Assembly (NCBI GenBank): GCA_016212295.1
Contig: JACRGO010000034.1
Span: 1 to 18,064 of the forward strand
Length of the DNA: 18,064 bases
Direction of reading: 5' to 3'
Source: Nitrospinota bacterium
GTDB lineage: Bacteria > Nitrospinota > Nitrospinia > JACRGO01
Program-made: the position numbers and the translations under genes
The notes under the pieces: model-generated
Seen by the model: the letters and a program-made list of their open reading frames with translations, nothing else
Database searches by the model: none
What the model was told of the DNA's origin: nothing
Shown here: positions 1 to 7,787 of the stretch, piece by piece
Layout of the letters: each line of letters opens with the position of its first letter
How positions within the stretch are numbered: the first letter of the stretch is position 1

Positions 1-157
1 TCCAAAGGTGTCTCCAATGTCGCGCAAAAGATGAGGCAACTACACCGTAGCGCCAGGTTGGTCTTCGATTACCTGCGCATGACAAAAAACTCCTGCACCC
101 TTAATGGCGTGTGAGATATGGTAGAACAAATTTACCGTGCTACAAAACACCCTGTTC

Positions 158-187
158 TTGACAGGGAAACCGCTATACTAATAGAAT
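158..187 (+). promoter_or_regulatory. Candidate sigma70-type promoter (TTGACA-18 bp-TAGAAT) for the yceD-rpmF-plsX operon
   Basis: TTGACA at 158-163 and TAGAAT at 182-187 with an 18-bp spacer, about 30 bp upstream of the yceD start. Confidence 0.35.
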
Positions 188-217
188 AAGTAGTTTTAGG
201 CGTTAAAAATCGTCCGG

Positions 218-778
218 GTGAGAATTGTGTCAAGCGGCAAAGATCCAAAATTAAAGGTGGAAATCTCCCGGATACCGGACGAGGGGCTGGTTTTGGAAAG
301 GGAAGACAGCCCCTCCTTGTACGAACTCAAGGAAGCGGGGCTTATTCCTTCGGAAAATGTCCGACTGCAAGGCATGGTCCAAAAAATCCGGGAAGGCGCC
401 TACCTCGCCGCCAGGGTCTCAACGGCGCTTGAATTGGAATGCGGACGTTGCCTGCGTCCATATCCGTTCCAGGTGCAATCGGACCTCCGGGTATTCTTCG
501 TGCCTGAATCTGAATCCTCGGAAGACCATGAGGTGGAGCTGACGTCCGAGGATCTGGATACCTATTTTCATGACGGGAAGGAAATAGATATCATGGCTCC
601 TGTAAGGGACCAGATTGTGATGGCCGTCCCCATCCAACCTTTATGCAGTCCGGATTGCCCCGGCCTTTGTCCGGTTTGCGGGAAGGACTTACGGAAAAAA
701 CAATGCGGTTGCAAGCCGGAAGAAGATATTGATCCACGGCTTTCAGTGTTAAAAAATCTTATAAAACGAAAGGAGTAA
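218..778 (+). CDS. yceD: YceD/DUF177 family protein (large-subunit rRNA accumulation protein)
   Basis: 186-aa ORF with GTG start directly upstream of rpmF, the canonical yceD-rpmF-plsX order. C-terminal Cys cluster CSPDCPGLCPVCG typical of DUF177. Confidence 0.8.
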   Translation: MRIVSSGKDPKLKVEISRIPDEGLVLEREDSPSLYELKEAGLIPSENVRLQGMVQKIREGAYLAARVSTALELECGRCLRPYPFQVQSDLRVFFVPESESSEDHEVELTSEDLDTYFHDGKEIDIMAPVRDQIVMAVPIQPLCSPDCPGLCPVCGKDLRKKQCGCKPEEDIDPRLSVLKNLIKRKE

Positions 779-780
779 CG

Positions 781-966
781 ATGCCACAGCCAAAGAAAAA
801 AACATCTCAATCAAGAAAAGGCATGAGGAGGTCGCATGACCACCTGAAGGTCCCCTCGCTTGCCAAGTGCTCAAATTGCGGGGAGCCTGTCGCCCCGCAT
901 CGCGTATGCATGAACTGCGGTTTTTATAAAGGCAAGGAAGTCCTTCCTGTAGAGCATGAGGAATAG
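781..966 (+). CDS. rpmF: 50S ribosomal protein L32
   Basis: 61-aa ORF MPQPKKKTSQSRKGMRRSHDHL with CxxC...CxxC zinc ribbon. AAGGAG RBS at 770-775. Confidence 0.92.
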   Translation: MPQPKKKTSQSRKGMRRSHDHLKVPSLAKCSNCGEPVAPHRVCMNCGFYKGKEVLPVEHEE

Positions 967-987
967 CCATAGCAGGAGGGCAAGGGT

Positions 988-2079
988 TTGAAGATCGCGG
1001 TTGACGCAATGGGAGGGGACAATGCGCCGGAGGTCGTGGTGGATGGGGTCATTCAATACCTCCAGGAAAACCAGGGCCAAATCATTCTATTCGGGCAGCA
1101 AGACCTCCTTTTCCCCTTGCTCGAAAAAAAAGGGGCCAAGGACCTTCCGATAGAGGTGCGCCATTCCTCCGAGTCAGTTGACATGAACGAGGCGCCGTCC
1201 ACTGCCCTGCGCCGTAAAAAGGACTCCTCCATCAGGAAGGCCATAGAGTCGGTCGCCTCCGGAGAAGCAGGCGCGGTGGTGAGCGCCGGGAACACAGGGG
1301 CGGTCCTCGCCATTTCCACGGTCATCCTGAAGCCCATGCAGTGCGTGGACAGGCCTGCCATCTCCATTCTCCTTCCAACCGCAAAGGGACACTCCATACT
1401 CCTTGATGCGGGCGCGAACGTGGACTGCAAATCGAGCCAGCTCTTTCAGTTCGCCATCATGGGCCACGTGTACGCGAAGTACGTCCTGAAAAAGGAGAAT
1501 CCGAAAGTCGGCCTCTTGAGCATCGGGGAGGAAGACTCCAAGGGAAATGAGATCAGCAAGGAGGCATTTAAAATGCTTAAAAAAACTGATATCAATTTCA
1601 TTGGCAACGTGGAGGGGAAAGAGGTGTACCGGGGCAACGCGGACGTGATTGTCTGCGACGGCTTTACCGGGAACATAGCCTTGAAGATAAGCGAAAGCCT
1701 GGCGGAAATGATCGGGAATTCCATAAAGGACCTCTTTATGACAAACTGGCGGACCAAGCTGGCCTTCAAGCTGGTGGAACCTTATTTCCGGGCCTTTAAG
1801 AAGTCGGTGGATTATAACGAGGTGGGAGGCGCGCCGCTCCTGGGCATCAACGGGACGTGCATCATCTGCCACGGGAGTTCCAAGGCAAAGGCGATAAAAA
1901 ACGCGATTCAGCTCGCGGAGGAATTCATAAAAAACGAGGTGAACGCCCATATCCGCGAAGGCATTGAAAAAAATCTGGCCCATGCATACGCGGGCGCCAG
2001 AAAAGGGCGCTTCTGGCAGCAGCTCAAGGAAACCATTCATTTCGGGTCAGGCGCGGAAAAGACGGAGCCGGAAAGTTGA
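988..2079 (+). CDS. plsX: Phosphate acyltransferase PlsX
   Basis: TTG start preceded by AGGAGGG. N-terminus MKIAVDAMGGDNAP is the PlsX signature. 363 aa. Confidence 0.93.
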   Translation: MKIAVDAMGGDNAPEVVVDGVIQYLQENQGQIILFGQQDLLFPLLEKKGAKDLPIEVRHSSESVDMNEAPSTALRRKKDSSIRKAIESVASGEAGAVVSAGNTGAVLAISTVILKPMQCVDRPAISILLPTAKGHSILLDAGANVDCKSSQLFQFAIMGHVYAKYVLKKENPKVGLLSIGEEDSKGNEISKEAFKMLKKTDINFIGNVEGKEVYRGNADVIVCDGFTGNIALKISESLAEMIGNSIKDLFMTNWRTKLAFKLVEPYFRAFKKSVDYNEVGGAPLLGINGTCIICHGSSKAKAIKNAIQLAEEFIKNEVNAHIREGIEKNLAHAYAGARKGRFWQQLKETIHFGSGAEKTEPES

Positions 2080-2088
2080 TAAAAATTA

Positions 2089-2129
2089 AAAGTGACTAAA
2101 GTTTGAAGTGAACTAAAGTGACTAAAGTT
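2089..2129. repeat. 15-bp direct repeat AAAGTGACTAAAGTT x2 (2089-2103, 2115-2129), related to the GTGACNA heptamer family
   Basis: Exact duplicate 15-mers with 26-bp period immediately after the plsX stop. The GTGACT-AAA motif also borders heptamer arrays at 9861, 13436 and 16492. Confidence 0.6.
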
Positions 2130-2131
2130 AT

Positions 2132-2279
2132 AGCGCAACATGTCCGCAACCAAAATAAATTTCTATGTATTCAAACGTTCGATGATATTATTACATCCAG
2201 AATTTTACGTTTTCCACGTTAATTAAATCAGCGTTGAATGCTTCAAGAGAAATTTGTTTTGGTTGCGGACATGCGCGCT
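2132..2279. repeat. Inverted-repeat element: about 32-bp arms (2132-2164 and 2248-2279, about 29/32 complementary) separated by 83 bp. The left arm plus core (2132-2185) is repeated at 6286-6340
   Basis: Left arm AGCGCAACATGTCCGCAACCAAAATAAATTTCT versus the reverse complement of AGAAATTTGTTTTGGTTGCGGACATGCGCGCT. The ORF-track extension of fabH (MNASREICFGCGHARS...) is a translation of the right arm. Confidence 0.75.
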
Positions 2280-2335
2280 CCAAGAAGCGCTTTAAAAACT
2301 TGCGCGGAAAACGCAAATTTCTGGACGTAATATAT

Positions 2336-3316
2336 ATGCTCCGGGCAAAAATCATTGGAACAGGTTCATACCTTCCGAAAAAGGTAATGACCAACCACGA
2401 CCTGGAAAAGTTGGTGGACACCTCCGATGAATGGATCATGACCCGGACCGGCATCCGGGAGCGGAGGATAGCGGACAAAAAGGAGGCAAGCTCTGATTTG
2501 GGGATCAAGGCGGCCAGGGAGGCTTTGGCCAATGCCGGCCTGAAGGCAAGCGACCTGGAATTGATACTCGTCGCCACCGCCACCCCGGACATGATCTTTC
2601 CTTCAACAGCGGCCTACGTCCAGCATGGACTTGGCGCCGGGAACGCCGCGGCCATGGATATTTCCGCGGTTTGCACCGGATTCATCTTCGGCCTTTCCAT
2701 AGCGGAACAATATATCAAAACAGGACGCTACAAGACTATTCTGGTTGTGGGCACGGAAATCATGTCCAGGATACTGGACTGGACTGACAGAAAAACCTGC
2801 GTCCTTTTCGGGGACGGCGCCGGCGCGGCCATCATCCAGGGTTCGGAAGACGAAAGCGGGATACTTTCCACGCATATTTACACGGACGGGTCATACGCGG
2901 ATTTTTTGCTGGCCCCTGGTTCCGGGACAAGGCATGGATATGGAAGCGCCGCGCAGGGGGACAAGTCAAATTGCATTCACATGAAGGGGAACGAAACCTT
3001 TAAGGTGGCGGTTAATTTCATGAGCAAGGTCGCGAGGGAGGCGCTTGAAAGCAACGGCTTGGCCTCGGAGGACATCGACCTCTTCATCCCCCACCAGGCA
3101 AACCAGAGGATCATTGAAGCCATTGCCAAAAAACTTGGCGTTCCCTCAGAAAAGGTTTTCATGAATTTGCATAAATACGGAAACACCTCAGCCGCTTCCG
3201 TTCCCATAGCCCTTGATGAGGCCCTTCGTGAAAACCGCATCAAGCGGGGCGACCTGGTGTTGATCGTGGCCTTTGGCGGCGGACTTACCTGGGGGGCTTC
3301 CCTGATAAGGTGGTGA
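2336..3316 (+). CDS. fabH: 3-oxoacyl-ACP synthase III (FabH)
   Basis: MLRAKIIGTGSYLPKKVMTNHDLEKLVDTSDEWIMTRTGIRERRIA is the canonical FabH N-terminus, with active-site Cys region AVCTGF. True ATG at 2336, not 2234. Confidence 0.92.
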   Translation: MLRAKIIGTGSYLPKKVMTNHDLEKLVDTSDEWIMTRTGIRERRIADKKEASSDLGIKAAREALANAGLKASDLELILVATATPDMIFPSTAAYVQHGLGAGNAAAMDISAVCTGFIFGLSIAEQYIKTGRYKTILVVGTEIMSRILDWTDRKTCVLFGDGAGAAIIQGSEDESGILSTHIYTDGSYADFLLAPGSGTRHGYGSAAQGDKSNCIHMKGNETFKVAVNFMSKVAREALESNGLASEDIDLFIPHQANQRIIEAIAKKLGVPSEKVFMNLHKYGNTSAASVPIALDEALRENRIKRGDLVLIVAFGGGLTWGASLIRW

Positions 3317-3431
3317 ATTTTTTTCAGCTTTCAGTATTCAGCAAAGGCATGGCAAAACTAAAAAAACAAATCCCTGGCCGCTGATTGCTGTGCGCTGAAA
3401 GCTTTTTGTGGTTTTTCGCGTCAAATTCCAC

Positions 3432-3437
3432 TATAAT
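3432..3437 (+). promoter_or_regulatory. Perfect TATAAT -10 hexamer upstream of the secreted-protein gene; no convincing -35
   Basis: TATAAT 35 bp upstream of the ATG at 3472. Implies the inserted gene may have its own promoter. Confidence 0.25.
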
Positions 3438-3471
3438 TTTTTTGATTTATAAACGGAGAGAAGGAAGAAAG

Positions 3472-4560
3472 ATGAATGCCTTTAATGCATGTACAAAAAA
3501 TATCGGCATTGCCCTTCTTCTTTTCCTGCTGAACCTGGTTTCTTTTATTCCGGCTTGGGCGGAAAATTTCCCGGAGCCAAATCCTCCTCTGGAAGGCCCA
3601 CGGCATCTTGAGAAAAAGAAACCTTTGCTGGAAAGGAGGGCCTTGGGGGCCCCCACAACTGAGTGGACCTACCATAAAAACCAAAAGGGAACGCATCCAA
3701 GCAATCACGAACAGGCCCTTGTATGGCTTATGAACAACGCCAGGAAGGACCCGAAAGCGGAGGGAATTTTTTTAGCCGCCACCACGGATACCGACGTGGC
3801 AAATGCGCGCCAGTATTTTAATGTCAACGCCACGATGCTCAAAAGCGAATTCGCTAAACTTCAGAAAAGGCCGCCAGCGGCCTTTGACATACGCCTTTAC
3901 AATGCCGCGTACGAACATAACAAAATTATCATTAAAAAGGACCAACAAAATCATCATGACCCCACTTGGTCACTTTATGATAAAGCAGGATTTGCCAGAA
4001 GGACCGCTGGACAGAATGTATACGCTTATGGAAAAAGCGCCATTTACCTCCATGCGGGTTGGAACATCGACTGGGGGCCAGACGCCTATGGAAAAACCAA
4101 GGGTGGAATGCAGGGGAGCGACAGCTCCGGGCGGGGCCACCGCTCCAACCTGATGGACCAAACCAAATATTCGGCCAGCTATCCCTTCGCCAACGTTGGA
4201 ATTTCAGTGGAATCCGAAAGCAACTCCGCAACCCAGGTAGGCCCCTTGGTGTCCACGGCCGATTTCGCCAATGCCGATACAAGCAAAGCCAATCACTACA
4301 ATGCCTTTATCGTGGGCACGGTTTGGCGGGACACTAATAAAAACGGCGTTTACGATTCCGGCGAAGGCTTGGGGGACGTCAAGGTTATGCCAAACCAGGG
4401 GACCTTTTGGGCAAAGACCGCGAAAAGCGGCGGATACGCCATTCCCGTGACTTCACCAGGCGATTACAACATCACATTTTCCGGCGGACAGCTCACGGCA
4501 AAAAAAACAAAAAAAACAACCGTGGTTAGTGAAAGCGTGTTGCTCGACTTAACATTGTGA
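3472..4560 (+). CDS. Secreted CAP/SCP (YkwD-like) domain protein with an unrecognised C-terminal Gly/Thr-rich domain
   Basis: N-terminal signal peptide MNAFNACTKNIGIALLLFLLNLVSFIPAWA. HEQALVWLMNNARKDP and GRGHRSNLMD...NVGISV match the CAP/YkwD H-x-x-N-x-x-R and GHRxNIL...GVG motifs. GGAG RBS precedes the start. The ORF-track start at 3385 is an upstream extension. Confidence 0.65.
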   Translation: MNAFNACTKNIGIALLLFLLNLVSFIPAWAENFPEPNPPLEGPRHLEKKKPLLERRALGAPTTEWTYHKNQKGTHPSNHEQALVWLMNNARKDPKAEGIFLAATTDTDVANARQYFNVNATMLKSEFAKLQKRPPAAFDIRLYNAAYEHNKIIIKKDQQNHHDPTWSLYDKAGFARRTAGQNVYAYGKSAIYLHAGWNIDWGPDAYGKTKGGMQGSDSSGRGHRSNLMDQTKYSASYPFANVGISVESESNSATQVGPLVSTADFANADTSKANHYNAFIVGTVWRDTNKNGVYDSGEGLGDVKVMPNQGTFWAKTAKSGGYAIPVTSPGDYNITFSGGQLTAKKTKKTTVVSESVLLDLTL

Positions 4561-4577
4561 TTTTAAAAAGAAAATAA

Positions 4578-5516
4578 ATGGCAACAAATTACGCCTTTCT
4601 CTTTCCCGGACAAGGGTCTCAGTATCCCGGCATGGGAAAGGAGCTGTGTGATAATTTTTCCGAGGCAAGGGAAGTCTTTGAGCAGGCCAACGAGGCCCTG
4701 GGATACGATCTCGCGTCCCTTTGCTTCCAAGGCCCGGAAGAGGAACTCAAGCAAACGGAAAAGACCCAGCCGGCCATCCTTACGGCCAGTATAGCGGCGG
4801 CGCGGGTATTGGAAAAGGAGGGCCTGAAACCGGCCATTACCGCCGGCCACAGTCTTGGGGAATATTCGGCGTTGGCCGCCGCTGGGTCCATCTCCTTCAT
4901 GGACGCGGCCAGGGTAACGGCCAAACGTGGGAGGTTCATGCAGGACGCCGTCCCGGACGGCGTTGGGGCAATGGCCGCCATCCTTGGACTGGAAAGCCGG
5001 AAAGTGGAAGAAATATGTTCGAGGGTTTCCAGGACCGGCAAGGTAAGCGCGGCCAATTATAACAGCCCTATCCAGGTGGTCATTGCCGGTGAAAAAAGCG
5101 CGGTGGAAGAGGCCATGGAGGAAGCCGGGAAGGAAGGGGCAAAGAAGATGGTCCTTCTGCCAATGAGCGTTCCTTCCCATTGCGATTTAATGGTCCCGGC
5201 GCGGGAAAGGTTGTCCCTGGAACTGGATAAAATATCCTTCGCGGACCCAAGTTTCCCGCTCATAGCCAATGTAAACGCCCTCGAAACCAGGAGCGGATTG
5301 GACGCAAGGAAAAACCTGAAAGGGCAGTTGACCAGCCCGGTCCGCTGGGTTGAGTCCATGGAAAGGATCGCTGGAGCAGTGAAAACCGTGATTGAGGTCG
5401 GACCCGGCAAGGTGCTCATCGGCCTCATGAAAAGGATCAATAAGGACATTCAATGCCTGAACGTTGAAGACATGCAAAGCCTTGAAAAGACCATGAATGC
5501 CATGAAAGAACATTGA
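4578..5516 (+). CDS. fabD: Malonyl-CoA:ACP transacylase (FabD)
   Basis: FLFPGQGSQYPGMGKEL and GHSLGEYSAL active-site motifs. 312 aa. Confidence 0.93.
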   Translation: MATNYAFLFPGQGSQYPGMGKELCDNFSEAREVFEQANEALGYDLASLCFQGPEEELKQTEKTQPAILTASIAAARVLEKEGLKPAITAGHSLGEYSALAAAGSISFMDAARVTAKRGRFMQDAVPDGVGAMAAILGLESRKVEEICSRVSRTGKVSAANYNSPIQVVIAGEKSAVEEAMEEAGKEGAKKMVLLPMSVPSHCDLMVPARERLSLELDKISFADPSFPLIANVNALETRSGLDARKNLKGQLTSPVRWVESMERIAGAVKTVIEVGPGKVLIGLMKRINKDIQCLNVEDMQSLEKTMNAMKEH

Positions 5517-5525
5517 CGGTTTATG

Positions 5526-5546
5526 ATTGACAATTGACGATTGAAC
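5526..5546. repeat. Heptamer tandem array ATTGACA-ATTGACG-ATTGAAC (contains two phased TTGAC -35-like hexamers)
   Basis: Three consecutive 7-mers read directly from the sequence. Confidence 0.7.
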
Positions 5547-5554
5547 CTTAAACA

Positions 5555-5589
5555 TTAAATCTTAAATCTTAAATCTTAAATTTTAAATC
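5555..5589. repeat. Heptamer tandem array (TTAAATC)x5 immediately upstream of the 5594 ORF
   Basis: TTAAATC TTAAATC TTAAATC TTAAATT TTAAATC. Confidence 0.85.
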
Positions 5590-5593
5590 CCTT

Positions 5594-6274
5594 ATGCTGG
5601 CAAACAGAGAAATAAAAACGAGACTGGAAAAGGCTTTCCCTATAAAACAGGCGGTGGCGCTGGCCGATGTTTTTATAGAATTCAAGGGAGACCTTGTCAA
5701 GTCTGGAGATTTCAACGAGCTTAAAAATGTAGTAAAAGAACTTGCCGAGGCTCAGAAGCGGACAGAAGTAAAAATGGGAGAACTTGCCGGCGCTCAGAAG
5801 AGGACAGAAGTAAAAATGGAAGAACTTGCCGAGGCGCAGAAACGGACGGATTATGAACTTGTCCTCTTTCGCCGCACTTTTACCTCTCAGATTGGAGGGC
5901 TTGGGGCGCGATGGGGTATGATGACGGAATCGTCGTTTCGCAACGCCATGGAGGGAATACTGTCAGAAGTTGGGTTCAAGGCCGAGAGGTTCATAGCTAA
6001 AGACAAAAAGGGGACAGTTTTCGGGTATCCGGCGGAAGTGGAGCTTGATGTTGTCGTTAAAAACGGCAAGACCCTGGTCATTGAGATTAAATCCTCGGTT
6101 AGCCGGGCGGACGCGGCCTCCTTTGACAAGAAGGTAAGCTTTTACGAGAAGGAGACACGGCGGAAGGCTAGCAGGAAGATAATTATATCTCCTTATACCG
6201 AGCCCGCGGCCCATGACGCCGCCAAAAGACTGGGGATCGAGGTTTTTACTGATATAAATGACCCGGCTTTGTAA
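5594..6274 (+). CDS. Coiled-coil-repeat plus PD-(D/E)XK-like nuclease-fold protein (DUF3782-like), inserted between fabD and fabG
   Basis: N-terminal 14-aa tandem repeats [14 protein letters not shown] x about 2.6. C-terminal [24 protein letters not shown] fits the D...(D/E)xK restriction-endonuclease-like core. No fab-pathway role. Confidence 0.55.
   Translation: MLANREIKTRLEKAFPIKQAVALADVFIEFKGDLVKSGDFNELKNVVKELAEAQKRTEVKMGELAGAQKRTEVKMEELAEAQKRTDYELVLFRRTFTSQIGGLGARWGMMTESSFRNAMEGILSEVGFKAERFIAKDKKGTVFGYPAEVELDVVVKNGKTLVIEIKSSVSRADAASFDKKVSFYEKETRRKASRKIIISPYTEPAAHDAAKRLGIEVFTDINDPAL
5738..5850 (+). repeat. In-frame 42-bp tandem repeat (about 2.6 copies) inside the 5594-6274 CDS
   Basis: Units 5738-5779 and 5780-5821 are near identical. 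The third unit diverges after about 27 nt. Confidence 0.85.
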
Positions 6275-6285
6275 CACAAACCCAC

Positions 6286-6340
6286 AGCGCGACGTGGCCG
6301 CAACCAAAATAAATTTTCGATGCATTCAAACGTTTCATGA
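6286..6340. repeat. Second copy (about 85% identical, one indel) of the 55-bp element seen at 2132-2185. A degraded right-arm remnant may lie at about 6406-6431
   Basis: AGCGCGACGTGGCCGCAACCAAAATAAATTTTCGATGCATTCAAACGTTTCATGA versus copy 1. Both copies lie just after a stop codon and upstream of a fab gene. Confidence 0.75.
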
Positions 6341-6418
6341 AGCCCCAAATTTCAATTGTCAGATAACAAATAAATCTCAATAACCAAAATTACAAAGAAA
6401 CAAAGAAATGAAATTGTT

Positions 6419-6447
6419 TTGGACATTCGGTAATTGTAATTTATAAT
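6419..6447 (+). promoter_or_regulatory. Candidate promoter TTGGAC-17-TATAAT upstream of fabG
   Basis: Perfect -10 TATAAT at 6442-6447 and a weak -35 at 6419-6424, in an AT-rich region about 130 bp upstream of fabG. Confidence 0.3.
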
Positions 6448-6574
6448 TTATTTGTCATTTGGGATTTCGTTTTCATTTTGGTTGAAGCGAAACCGCGCCA
6501 GGAAGCTTTGTGTCCTGGTGGCTTCGTGGCATATTTTTAATTAGAATCTTAACTGAAAGAAAGGTTTACCGAAA

Positions 6575-7318
6575 ATGAGTCTCGAAGGAAAAACCGCGTT
6601 AGTCACAGGGGCAGGCAGGGGAATCGGCAAGGCGATAGCCCTTGCCTTGGCCAAGGACGGGGCGAACGTGGCCGTGTCCGATATAGACCAGGGTTCCGCC
6701 AACCAAACCGCTGAAGAAATCAAATCCCTTGGAAGAGGCTCCATTGGATTGAAAGCGGACGTGTCCAGGTCCGAAGAGGTGGAGGGGATGTTTCAGGCAA
6801 TTGTGGACAAATTCGGCGGGGTTGATATACTGGTGAATAACGCCGGGATCACCAGGGACGGGTTACTGGTAAGAATGAAGGACGAGGATTGGAGCCTGGT
6901 CATGAAGATCAATCTGGACGGGGCCTTCTATTGCTCCAGGGCGGCCGGCAAGATCATGATGAAGCAAAGAAGAGGGGCCATAATCAACATCGCCTCAATC
7001 GTGGGGGTCATGGGAAACGCGGGCCAGGTGAATTATTCCGCGTCCAAGGCGGGCCTGATCGGCCTGACGAAATCCAGCGCACGGGAGCTTGCCTCAAGAG
7101 GGGTCACGGTAAACGCCATCGCCCCGGGTTTCATCGATACGGCAATGACACAGGCCCTGAACGATAAGGTAAAGGAAAAACTGATGGAGCAGATCCCGCT
7201 GGGCCGCTTGGGCTCCTCGGAGGACATCGCGAACGCGGTCCTCTTCCTTGCGTCTCCGGAAGCGGCCTATATAACCGGCCAGGTGCTCCATGTGAACGGG
7301 GGCATGCTGATGGCGTAG
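6575..7318 (+). CDS. fabG: 3-oxoacyl-ACP reductase (FabG)
   Basis: LEGKTALVTGAGRGIGKAIA Rossmann motif and SDR catalytic S...YSASKAG. 247 aa. Confidence 0.93.
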   Translation: MSLEGKTALVTGAGRGIGKAIALALAKDGANVAVSDIDQGSANQTAEEIKSLGRGSIGLKADVSRSEEVEGMFQAIVDKFGGVDILVNNAGITRDGLLVRMKDEDWSLVMKINLDGAFYCSRAAGKIMMKQRRGAIINIASIVGVMGNAGQVNYSASKAGLIGLTKSSARELASRGVTVNAIAPGFIDTAMTQALNDKVKEKLMEQIPLGRLGSSEDIANAVLFLASPEAAYITGQVLHVNGGMLMA

Positions 7319-7331
7319 GATGAGTTGTGAT

Positions 7332-7373
7332 GGTTCAGGGTTCAGGGTTCAGGGTTGAAGGTTGAAGGTTGAA
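7332..7373. repeat. Heptamer array (GGTTCAG)x3-(GGTTGAA)x3
   Basis: Read directly from the sequence. Imperfect inverted partner (AACCCAG)x3 at 7473-7492. Confidence 0.85.
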
Positions 7374-7472
7374 AGGGCATAATCACGGCAATATTGCATG
7401 TTTTTTTTTAGGGCATTCCACCTCGGATATAGCGCCGCTAAATAAAAATCCGCGTGGGTACGGGCTTTCTGA

Positions 7473-7492
7473 AACCCAGAACCCAGAACCAG
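7473..7492. repeat. Heptamer array AACCCAG x about 3, imperfect inverse of the 7332 array (one mismatch per unit)
   Basis: CTGAAACCCAGAACCCAGAACCAG. Confidence 0.7.
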
Positions 7493-7556
7493 TTAACGTT
7501 TACAAAAATTTTTTAACTATTAAATTAACATAAAAATCTTTTAAAGGAGGAAAAGG

Positions 7557-7787
7557 ATGGATACAGCGGAAAAAGTAAAGAATATCATCATGGAGCAGCT
7601 TGGAGTCGAAGAAGGCCAAGTGACCTCCGAGGCTTCCTTTATTGACGATCTAGGCGCGGATTCCCTGGACACAGTGGAACTCGTCATGGCCTTTGAAGAG
7701 GCATTTGACATTGAGATACCGGATGAGGAAGCGGAAAAAATCATTACGGTAAAAGACGCAGTGGACTATATTGAGAAGCATGTATAA
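7557..7787 (+). CDS. acpP: Acyl carrier protein
   Basis: 76 aa with the DSLD phosphopantetheine-attachment motif. AAGGAGG RBS. Confidence 0.95.
   Translation: MDTAEKVKNIIMEQLGVEEGQVTSEASFIDDLGADSLDTVELVMAFEEAFDIEIPDEEAEKIITVKDAVDYIEKHV

Noticed and set aside
1-114. Possible 3' end of an upstream gene (frame 1 open to the TGA at 112-114, ...LRMTKNSCTLNGV*)
   Set aside because: Too short and with no recognisable motif to assign. It could equally be non-coding leader of the yceD operon.
1174-2040. 288-aa - strand ORF antisense to plsX, and other long antisense ORFs (e.g. 4563-5180, 7650-8306, 12724-13407, 13670-14149, 13837-14193)
   Set aside because: Each lies fully inside a gene with unambiguous family-level sequence signatures on the other strand. 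They have Arg/Gly/Pro-rich low-complexity composition typical of antisense frames and no RBS.
2234-2335. Upstream extension of fabH in the ORF track (MNASREICFGCGHARSKKRFKNLRGKRKFLDVIY)
   Set aside because: This is a translation of the right arm of the 2132-2279 inverted repeat. The canonical FabH N-terminus MLRAKIIGTGSYLP begins at 2336.
3385-3471. ORF-track start of the secreted-protein gene at 3385 (MLCAESFLWFFASNSTIIFLIYKRREGRK)
   Set aside because: The GGAG RBS and a typical signal peptide begin at the internal ATG at 3472. The upstream segment overlaps the putative promoter.
7388-7409. Intrinsic terminator after fabG (GCAATATTGC palindrome plus T9 run)
   Set aside because: The stem is only 4-5 bp and AT-rich. 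fabG and acpP are normally co-transcribed. At most it is a weak attenuator, so it is not listed as a feature.
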